Source: Octopus bimaculoides (lineage: Eukaryota). Taken from it: 38,431 nucleotides of DNA. The stretch is taken from assembly GCF_001194135.2 (NCBI RefSeq), contig NC_068982.1, positions 52,105,362 through 52,143,792 on the forward strand, in the 5' to 3' direction. Within the stretch, counting starts at the first letter, position 1. Each line of letters opens with the position of its first letter. The notes below the pieces were generated by a model. That model saw only the letters and a program-made list of their open reading frames with translations, was not told the origin of the DNA and made no database searches. The translations under genes and the position numbers were made by a program. Below are positions 23,751 through 33,784 of this stretch, piece after piece.

Positions 23751-24592
23751 AAAAAATTTTTCATCACAAAATTTCTTTAGTAGTTAAACGAAAGATAAGC
23801 TAATCCCAGATTAAAATTACTGGGCCAATTGATCAGTTTGTCATGTTTGTACTGAGACATGCTCAAGAATATATTTGCTTTTTAACTTATTGAGATTTGT
23901 TGTTTTTGGTATTTTGTAAAAATAAAAAAATTCCCTCCTAGGGTTATGTATTTGTAGACTTCATCAACAAAGGGTCAGACATGATGGTGGGATGGAGGGG
24001 AGCGATTTAAAATATTGAAGTGAAAGGTTTATTTGGGGTGGAATCTGGAAATAAAGAGAACTTTATGATTGTGAAGTGATCACTGTATTAAATGCTTTTT
24101 ATACATGTATTTATTAATTTGAACCATTTCTGGTAGTTCTAATGTTTAATTTGTTCTACATTGGTTCCCTTAAATTGAAGTGCTGTTAAAAAATTTGAAT
24201 GATTAAGTTTATCATCTAAGAATGTACACAGATTGTCTGATGTTTTTTTGAACAACTTTCACATACCAGATTTCATCATTCCCAAGGCTTGACTTACCTT
24301 GAGGTTAATGTTAGAAAACACTTACCTACAGTGTTAATATAGTGCAATCAAAAATGAAACCAGATAACTGCAAAACTTCAACACATGTGCATGCTTACAC
24401 CTGGGTTGGTGTCTAATATTTGGTGTTTTGTTCCTCTTTAGTTTCCTTAGAAACTTTAGCATTTTCTTCAAATTTTTGATCCTATTCATAACTATTACTG
24501 TTTAATTTTGTGCATGTTTATAGACATTTCTTTTAGGATTCTTGAAAATTTTTATTTCACCTTATATGTTACCTTTTTATTTATGATTACAG

Positions 24593-24659
24593 TCAAAACA
24601 GATCAGAATATGAGAAGCGAGTGAGATCTCAGGCCATGAGGCTTCGAGAAGAATCTTAA
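24593..24659 (+). CDS. UBE2I: Ubc9 last coding exon (QNRSEYEKRVRSQAMRLREES*)
   Basis: attacag| acceptor, phase 2, stop TAA at 24657-24659. Matches the conserved QNR.EYEKRVR.QA helix. Confidence 0.93.
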
Positions 24660-25490
24660 CCATCAAACCTTAATCTCGGATCCAAAGAAACACCTGTGTG
24701 ATGAAAGCAACAATTATATCATACAAGATTTCTTCATTCCATGTAACTACTATTGTAATATGTATGCAATAGCCAAACCGCTCTCAACCATAAAATCATT
24801 TTGCACATGCTCTCTTACACACACACACACACGCACACATACACACTTTCTCTCTCTCCCCCTCTCTGATTTACTGTTACTCTTCTCTCTTTCTCTTTCT
24901 TTTCTACCATAACATCTATCTGAATTCCCTATTGGAACAGCTTTCAAATTAATTTGGCAACGTATGAAAAGACACTGTCACATTTTTAGAATGTGTCCAT
25001 CTCTTATGCAACCACCAAAGAATGACATGCATACTGATAAAAATCTCCCTATCAGATTATTTGGTAGTTGATTTATATATAAATACTTTTAATTTCATAT
25101 ATCTTTATGAGATAAATGTGTGAAAGAAAATTACATTTATGTTTATTCTATTATCAAAATGAACTTAGTGTGTGTATGTGTTTATATAGATATACATTTA
25201 CATGCATGCAGACACACACACACACACACACACACACAGGCACATAAATATATTGCATGAATGTGCTGTGTATGAGAGAATTTTGTTTACTAAGGCATGA
25301 TTTATTTGTATTGTTTAGTAATTTGCATATGTCATGTCATTGTCCATAGGGTCTTTAATGCAGTTGTTTCTTTTCATCTTGTAACAGTGCAAACTTTAGA
25401 ATTGCTTAGCTAAAAGAAAAGAAGTTTTTTTCACTTGTTTATTTATTCAGGCATGTACAAACTTGGTGTGTGCTGTTGTCACGAGTTGCC

Positions 25491-25496
25491 AATAAA
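25491..25496 (+). terminator. Candidate polyadenylation signal of Ubc9 (3' UTR about 0.85 kb)
   Basis: First AATAAA seen downstream of the stop, followed by T-rich sequence. More AATAAA occur near 26022 and 26073. Confidence 0.45.
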
Positions 25497-27372
25497 TGTC
25501 TTCATCTTTTGAAAAACTCATCAGTTTTATTGCTTTTTGCTAGTAATAATGGAGTTTATAACTGACTGCCTTTTGAAATTTCTACATGTACAAATATAAG
25601 GTAAAACAGATGTTTAAAGAAATAGAAGTGAAAAGATTCTATTAAGAAAAAAGTTAAAGAATATCTCTTTCAATTGAAATGGTATTAAATTTTAATTCCT
25701 TTGAAATTAGTTAAATCATGTAGTCAAATGAAAATAAATCTAAACACATCTATCATTCTGTAAGAAAATAAACTAGTTTTCCATTCTACTGCATTGCATT
25801 ATTGATAAGTGCTTTCTGAGATAAATGAATATGTATTCTTTCTGCACCTTTTTATCCCTCATCTTCAGAACATCTTATTTTAGCTTGGATTTGGAAGAGA
25901 GATAGAGGTTACCTGTCAATTCAACTTGTTCTTTTTAAAGCATGTACTTGTTAAAAGCCTCTTTTGAAAAAAAATGATTTGACACATCATGTATTATTTT
26001 CTTTTATAATATTGTGTCAAAATAAAGATATTAAAATAAGTGATCTTTAGTGAAGTCTATTTTTTTTTCTCATAATAAAATAAAATAAAAATATTTATGG
26101 GAATTCATCTTTTTTGTTTTAGTAGAGTTTTGTCATTATTAATCTTTTTGTTATTTTTATGCTAACGTGGGTTGAATTATTTTAAGAAAAATATATGCAT
26201 TCTTATATCATCTTTGAAAGTGGTCAGCTTGGGATGTTTGGCTACCTTCAAATACTTTTTGAAATTTACTTTAGTTCATCTACTACAGATTTTTCCAGTA
26301 GTGTATCATATGTTTATTGTGGGGGTTGAATGTCTGATTGTGCCTGATGGTATTGATGAACTGTATTCCCTTATTCAGCACCAATTCCTCTGAAAGGAAT
26401 TATAAGAAGTTAAAGATCTCCTTGTTTCAGCAACCCAAATTGTCAGTCTTTGTCCTTAAGCAGGACAATTTTGCAGACTCAGTCCAGGCAACATATTGTA
26501 CATCATAAAAGGCTAACACACATGCTTCCTCAAATTATACAAATTGAGAGTTCCCCTGTCATTTTCTGAAATTGATCATGCAATTTGCTGGGCCATTCTT
26601 TAGTTAACTTTGTTTTTCCACTTTATGGGCAGAACTTCTATATAATTGACAGTTCAACGTTGTCAACCAAGTCTATGCTGTGTCAGTCTTATGCCAAATG
26701 ATCAGCTTTGATGTGGTAAGCTGATCTCCATAGGTTCCAACAGAGAAGGTAGTGTACTTTAAGAAGGCTTTTAGATCATTATTTAATGTCTGTTTTCCAT
26801 ACTGCCATGGTTTGATGAGCTGGCTAGGCAGAAGACTGCACCAGGCTTCTCAGTCTGTTTAAGCAGGGTTTTTATGGTGGGATGCACTTCCTAACACTAA
26901 CCACCTTATAGACTGGACTGGGAGTTTTTTTTTTATGTGGCACCAGTATCAGCGAGGGCCTGTTTTGGCATGGTTTTTACTGCTGATTGTCCTTCCAAAC
27001 ACCAACCATTTTACAGTGTGGATTGGATGCACCAGCACTGGCAGGGTCACCAAACAACTTGCAAGACAAAGATCCTTTGAGAGGTGGGTGGAGCATTGGA
27101 GGAGGTAACCTTGTGCCAGGTGATGAGAGGCTAGTGTGACAGAGGGACAATAACAGGTGTCTTGCTGTGAAGGAGAGAGATTAAGAATAAGGACAGATAC
27201 ATGGTTATCCAGTCAAAGGGAAAGCAAGATGGAAAAAGAAATATATCAACAATTGAGATATCTACTGGTTAAACACTGTCACTTTTAATAAAGTGCCATC
27301 ATGGAATATTTTAAAGACATTGAAACTCACAGCCTAGTTAAGTTAGAATATTGTCTTTTGTGAATAACAAAT

Positions 27373-27731
27373 TGTTGTTGGCACTCCATCGCTTATGACG
27401 CCGAGGGTTCCAGTTGATCCGATCAACGGAACAGCCTGCTCGTGAAATTAACGGGCAAGTGGCTGAGCACTCCACAGACACGTGTACCCTTAACGCAGTT
27501 CTCGGGGATATTCAGTGTGACAAGGCTGACCCTTTGAATTACAGGCACAACAAACAGGAACAAAGAGTGAGAGAAAGTTGTGGTGAAAGAGTACAGCAGG
27601 GTTCGCCACCATCCCCTGCCGGAGCCTCGTGGAGCTTTAGGTGTTTTCGCTCAATAAACACTCACAACGCCCGGTCTGGGAATCGAAACCGCGAGTCCGC
27701 TGCCCTAACCACTGGGCCATTGTGCCTCCAC
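27373..27731 (-). mobile_element. Full-length young tRNA-derived SINE with 11-bp TSD
   Basis: gaataacaaat at 27362-27372 and 27732-27742. CpG-rich, with A box tggcccagtgg, B box ggtttcgattcc and a (CAA)n tail. Confidence 0.92.
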
Positions 27732-28444
27732 GAATAACAAATACCCAACTCGTTAAGTCCACTGTCAGTCGAAAGCACAAAGCAAAGATTAAACCACATT
27801 AAACTGCATTTTACTTGTACCGTATTGCAAAAGTCTCTTAGAATCTGTAACTCATACTATGTAAGAACTGTATTCAAAAGTAGCATCATACTTTGCATAT
27901 TTTTCACCAAAGTGAGAACTAAGACTAGTTAGAAAGTAAGAACTGCATCTACAACTTACTAAGCTTTGCAAAGAACTTATAGAGGATAAACAGAGATGCC
28001 TTAAACTCTGCATAAAAGAATATTGAAAAGTCTTGAGAAATTCTCAGAATGAGAATGGCTGAGCATCTATATGAGATCGGAAGTCAAATAGAAATGTGTA
28101 GAGTTGATAGTGAACCAAAATGATAAAAAGCATCAGTGAAATGGTATAACCCTGTCAGTATAGCTGCTTAGACTAGGAGATAATGTTGCTACCCTTATTA
28201 GGGATGCAAGCTAGAAGCCTTTATAATCTGGTACTATATACACATTAAGGAATGTATATAGGAATACATATACACATTTAGGAATAAGACACTTGGTGAC
28301 TATATGGAGATTAGTAAATGGCAATATATGTATTACTGTCAAATGATATTTATTTATTTATGTGTTTCAGCCAAGTGGCTGCGGTCATGCTGGTGCACCA
28401 CCGTGAATGATTATGTTATGATTATTTATTCACATTATTTTTAA

Positions 28445-28612
28445 CCCTTTATCATTCATATTAATTTATCAAATGTAATGCTTATTTATCTGCATTTTAA
28501 AAAATTATGTATCTTGTAGCTTCAAGATTTTGAAGATATGATTGTTTATTTTTAGAATGATGTTGCAGGGTAGGTATGAGAGGCTGGATCAGGTGATGTA
28601 AATGCTAAAGGG
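28445..28612. mobile_element. piggyBac-type MITE
   Basis: TTAA|ccctttatcatt ... aatgctaaaggg|TTAA (TIR match 11 of 12). Internal sequence recurs at about 11440-11570, 17980-18150, 18440-18590 and 28955-29015. Confidence 0.7.
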
Positions 28613-29500
28613 TTAATTAATTATAGCTTAGGTTTAATGAAGGTGATCATCATTATCATTTAATGTTTCTTCTTCCAAGGGTTGGATGGTTTGACAAGAA
28701 CAGGTGAGCCAGAGGGTTCCACCTGATTTTTATGTTTGCTTTGGTATGCTTTCTATAGCTGAAGACCCTTCCTACTGTCAACCCTTAACTGAGTGTACTT
28801 TTTACATAGCACCATCGAGGTTGCCAAGTACCCACAAGATAAAACTCAACTGAACAGAACATAGACTGGAGGAATAAGAAACTATGATGGAGGGAGAGGA
28901 ACAGGTGTCTTGCTAAAGTAATGAAGGCTTGCCCACCTGAAGACTATTTATATTTATGACATTGTAGGGTAGGTGTGAGAGGTTGGATATGGACAGTTGA
29001 AATGCTAAAGGGTTGAACAATTTTTCATATGTAGATGAGGTTGGTTGCTAGGAAAATTATAAATTCTTTTAGTATGCTTGTGCCATAAAAAAAAAGACAG
29101 CATTTTTGAAGAATATGAAACTGCTATTTAATAAATACATCACCATAACATGTGTTCAGTATATTTGTTACATCATGAATTGTTAGGTTCTGACCAAAGT
29201 TCATTTTCTATAAGTATATTTTGTCAGTTAATGTAGCATGCATTTCCTCATTTTAACGTCCACTTCTCCATGCTTGCATGGGTCAGATGGAATTTGTTGA
29301 GATTTTCTTGTGACTGGTTGCTCATCCTGTCACCTCACCTTATTTCTAAAAAAGGCAATATTTTCCCATGACCAGACATGTTTTCATAGAATATTAGGAA
29401 CAAAAAACAGTTTGTACGACAGTGACACTCATTTACAACTATTGTGATGTCAAGGCAAGCAGCATGCACACACACATACACACACCTACATATATATATA

Positions 29501-29552
<52 letters not shown>

Positions 29553-29560
29553 TAGATATA

Positions 29561-29978
29561 CAGGGTGTGGTGAATAAACTGTCGTCTAAATTATGCAAAA
29601 ATTAAAATAACACTGACATCTCATTTTAACATATTTACCAAAAATTACATAAAAATATCTTGAAATACTAAAGAGTAAATTTATTCAATAAAATTGCTAC
29701 TGGCCTCAACCACGACCTCCAGATGACTTCGGAATCTCCTGCAACTCTTCTAGAAGATCTCCTTGTTTAAGTTGGTGAATGCTGCCATAATCTTTGCCTT
29801 CAGTTCATCTTTGGTGTTACAAAGACTTTTGTTGTTAGGTGGCCAGATGTTATGGGTGATGTGGTCACAGAAATTGTCTGACAGCCATGACTGGGTTCTG
29901 CTTATGTGGCATGGTGCAAAGTCCTTTTGCCAGACATAGGGTCTTCCAGCAACCACCCTCTTGACCCAGAGAAGGTGT
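29561..29978 (-). mobile_element. Tc1/mariner-superfamily (maT-like) transposon 3' fragment
   Basis: TA|cagggtg terminus. Minus ORF RPYVWQKDFAPCH..TQSWLSDNF..IWPPN; the SPDxNPxD segment is deleted. Confidence 0.8.
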
Positions 29979-30290
29979 TTGTATTTAAGAGCAACCATGC
30001 ATCCTGCTGTCTGGTGAGGATGAAATCGATCTGGCTAGCAGAGTCACCTGATTGGTAGGTTATCAGATGGCTGGCTGGCTTCCTGAAGTTAGTGTTGCAG
30101 ATTAATATGTTGCTTGCATTGCAGAACTTCAGTAGCCTAGTTCCCTCTTTGTTTCAGGAACCAATTCCATGGCCTCCATGAACACCATGGAAGATACCAG
30201 ATTGCCGTCCAACATGCCCATTAAAATCTCCAGCCACAAAAATGAGGTCATTGCCACTCGTCTTTGAGGTAACCTGAAGAAGGATATCAT
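29975..30290 (-). mobile_element. RTE-clade apurinic-like endonuclease fragment
   Basis: AGDFNGHVG...GHGIGS*NKEGTRLLKFC...ICNTNFRKPASHLITYQSG..SQIDFIL. Confidence 0.85.
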
Positions 30291-30299
30291 AAAAGTGCT

Positions 30300-30950
30300 T
30301 TATTTACGTTTGACGGATATTTGTTTGTTGTTAATACGTTTCGGCTGATATACCCTCCAGCCTTCATCAGGTGTCTTGGGGGAAATTATGAACATGGGTC
30401 CTCATTCCTAAGGTATTTTTTTATGTTATTCTTATTCAGGTCACTGCCTGGAATTGAACTCGGAATCTTGGGGTTAGTAGCCTGCACTCTTAACCACTAC
30501 GCCATATGCCCGTGGGCATACTATCCACTCCAATTATGAAGAAAAGAGAGGATGAAACCAATAAACTGTCCACAGTCTGTCTACCCTATGTGAAAGGCCT
30601 CTCCGAAAAGATACAAAAGATATGCAGCCCATATGACATCAGGACAGTATTCAGGAGTAATACAACACTTTGCAAATATCTCCTTCAAGTAAAACCACCA
30701 GTAGAAGAGAATATGACCAAAGACTGCATGTGCTCCATCCTATGCAGCTATGGTAGGTTATACAAGGGTGAAACATTTTGCCCCCTCAAAATAAGGGTAG
30801 ATGAACATTGCAAAGCTGTGACATGAGGAGATATTGATAAATCAGGTATAGCTGATCATGTATAGAAAAATGGAAACCACCTCCCCCTGTGGGATGAAGT
30901 TAAAATAACAGACAGAGAACATCAGTGGAAAATACGAAAACTAAAATTTT
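30300..30950 (+). mobile_element. Penelope-like element fragment: inverted terminal unit (30300-30519) plus GIY-YIG endonuclease remnant (30530-30950)
   Basis: LPYVKGLSEKI..IRTVF..TL...CMCSILCSYGRLYKGET..LKIRVDEH...SGIADHV...WDEVKI..E. The upstream unit is the reverse complement of 20370-20600, with a hammerhead core at 30370-30338. Confidence 0.88.
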
Positions 30951-31879
30951 TTAATGGGGGTGAGATAACCAAAAAGTACCTAAATGTGATAAAATAAATT
31001 AATATCCTCATTATGAAACAAAAGGATTTTTCTAGAAACTTTTTTGCTTCAGATTTTGGAGAAATGTTTCATCTTTGTTACAATTACATCAAGACTGGAG
31101 CATTTTGATGCCAGAGCAATTTGGATACAGTCATCGGGCTCCAACTAATTTTGTTAAAGGGTTGAATTGAATAACTACTTAAATCTACTTATAGAAAGCA
31201 AAAACACGTGTGTCAAAAAGTAAGGTTAAGGTGGGTAATAGACAGCAGACAAATAGTATCTGTTTAGTTACTTGACAACACTTTAGCAACCAAATTGTTT
31301 GTAGTTCAAAATGGCATGACGTCTCCTAAGCACATCCATTACATTGGACAGATGTTTTATATGACACATTCTACCAGTATCCCAAGTTTGAAAGTGTTTC
31401 GTTAAGAAAACAAGTGGTGCCCGTCAAATCAGAAGGATCCGTAAAATATGCTTCAACACACGAATTCACATAAAGAATCTTGCAAACCAAATACAAAAAC
31501 GAAATATTTTTTGTAATTCCTTTAACTGTTTATAGTATTTAAATAGAACGTGACTTTTTTGCAGACATTTTTTCCAGCTAAAATTGTGACTTTTCACTAG
31601 ACGCCATGATACACACTATACACACAAAAAAGAAAAGCATGCCCCACTCCCGTAAAAAAAAAAAAAAGCAAAAAACAAAGAAACACACCTTTCGTTTAAG
31701 CTGTGTTTAATTAGGGTTTAATAACAACTTACAAAATTAGTTGTGTAGTAGCAAGTGACTTGATCTGAAAGACCATGTCGAAACGGAAGCAACCGTTTAG
31801 TATACTAGTCTGACTTCAAATCTTATATAGTTGATTCTGAGGGATTAATAAAATATGAACTAGCATTACATCGATATTA

Positions 31880-32251
31880 CTAGTGGAGGCGCAATGGCCC
31901 AGTGGTTAAGGCAGCGGACTCGCGGTTTCGATTCCCAGACCGGGCGTTGTGAGTGTTTATTGAGCGAAAACACCTAAAAGCTCCACGAGACTACGGCAGG
32001 GGATGGTGGCGAACCCTGCTGTACTCTTTCACCACGACTTCCTCTCACTGTTACTTCCTGTTTCTGTTGTGCCTGTAATTCAAAGAGTTAGCCTTGTCAC
32101 ACTGTGTCACGCTGAATCTTCCCGAGAACTACGTTAAGGGTACACGTGTCTGTGGAGTGCTCAGCCACTTGCACGTTAATTTCACGAGCAGGCTGTTCCA
32201 TTGATCTGATCATCTGGAACCCTCGACGTCGTAAGCGACGGAGTGCCAACA
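31880..32251 (+). mobile_element. Full-length young tRNA-derived SINE with 12-bp TSD (same family as 27373-27731)
   Basis: acatcgatatta at 31868-31879 and 32252-32263. High identity to the reverse complement of 27373-27731. Confidence 0.92.
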
Positions 32252-33228
32252 ACATCGATATTAATTGATTCAATTATTCTACGAAAACTAATATTATTCA
32301 GAGACGGAGTACATAGTTTGCAGTACTTTATCCCTACGTCAACTTCTGGTCGAAGGTGTAACAATACTATCTTGTTTGTTTCTCTTTTCCCCCAAACATA
32401 ATGTTCCTAGAGCTATATCATATCTAATGTACAATTTGTTTTAACAATCAGTGTTGTGTGATTTTAGGGATATTCAGTTGTGTTTTCTAGACGGACGACC
32501 GACTGAATAAAAGCTCCCATGGTTGGAGATTAGCAGATAGTTGAGCCGAACGCCATGTAGATGTCTTATTGTAACAAGTTCAGAACCAGATTATTTAAGG
32601 CTGAGCATCAATATTCTTTCTTTATGCTTGTACATTATACAATCCTTAAGCTTAATGTCAGTAGCCATCCCCTAGTTTATGAAAAAAATACAAAAAAACC
32701 TTTTATAGAACTATGCTTTACAGTTCCAGCGACGCGGTGTTTGGCTGGTGTGCGCATGCTCACATGTCCGAGACAAGAAGTTTCACGCTAGGGGGAGAGA
32801 GCACTGTCATTCACGCAGTGCCGGTGAAAGGTAGCGTTTCTTTTTGACTCTGCGTGTGTTGTGCTTAAAAATATGTTTATATTCTTGAATGTGATGAAGT
32901 GTAAGAATTAGATTATTATCCTGCTTCCAGCTTCAGTGTTGCCGCTCGGGTTTGAANNNNNNNNNNNNNNNNNNNNNNNNNNNNNNNNNNNNNNNNNNNN
33001 NNNNNNNNNNNNNNNNNNNNNNNNNNNNNNNNNNNNNNNNNNNNNNNNNNNNNNNNNNNNNNNNNNNNNNNNNNNNNNNNNNNNNNNNNNNNNNNNNNNN
33101 NNNNNNNNNNNNNNNNNNNNNNNNNNNNNNNNNNNNNNNNNNNNNNNNNNNNNNNNNNNNNNNNNNNNNNNNNNNNNNNNGAATACTGAGCAGCAAATTA
33201 CAAGTTTAAATCTCTATTTCTCTTTCTA

Positions 33229-33231
<3 letters not shown>

Positions 33232-33273
<42 letters not shown>
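33232..33273. repeat. (CT)n microsatellite
   Basis: Direct read. (CA)n/(CT)n tracts also occur at 24807-24905 and 25213-25238 in the presumed 3' UTR. Confidence 0.95.
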
Positions 33274-33276
<3 letters not shown>

Positions 33277-33784
33277 GTAAATATTTGAAAGAATTAGAGG
33301 AAAGTTCTCTGATAATTTTTTTTCGTGTAAATAAATGTAAATGTTAATTTTTAAATTTGCCAGCAAAATCTTACAAAATCTTATTCTAAAAGATGTACAT
33401 GTTATGTACGAAAATAAAAGATTTTGGAAAATACATTCAAGTTAACCAAATTGTATATTTGATTTTTTTAATGGAATACAGTCGATTTTGTTGGTTTGAT
33501 GAACCAACTGCAGTATAATTCTAACTTTTGTTTGATCAAACCTAAAGAAATAAATCTTTTCTCATATCTCGTTTGTCAAGGCCACATGTATTTCAGCCAG
33601 TCTTTTTCTCATTACATAATGTTTATATGATGAAGATGCTGATTAAAATGTACATGTGTACTAATATGGTATTATTATCATTAATAATAATAATGATCCT
33701 TCCTATTAAAGGCACAAGACCTGAAATTTTGGTGGGCAGGGGACTAGTCGATTACATCAACCCCAGTCAACTGGTACTTATTTT

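Noticed and set aside
24298-24367. Minus-strand acceptor plus two GTAAGT donors (a similar pair at about 12484-12528) suggesting an antisense gene
   Set aside because: Stops in all frames at 24326-24367, no recognisable protein, and such motif pairs are expected by chance in 38 kb of AT-rich DNA.
26340-26780. Minus-strand peptide KEWPSKLHDQF reminiscent of R4/Dong-type retrotransposons
   Set aside because: One short motif among many stops; too weak to call.
1537-29598. Short ORFs with YI/VC/SL/HH runs (e.g. 1537-1728, 5743-5979, 808-1131, 29335-29598, 24750-24947)
   Set aside because: These are translations of microsatellites or SINEs, not proteins.
31776-31814. ATG-initiated MSKRKQPFSILV* next to a CGGAAG motif
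   Set aside because: A 12-codon ORF with no splice donor; no evidence of a gene.
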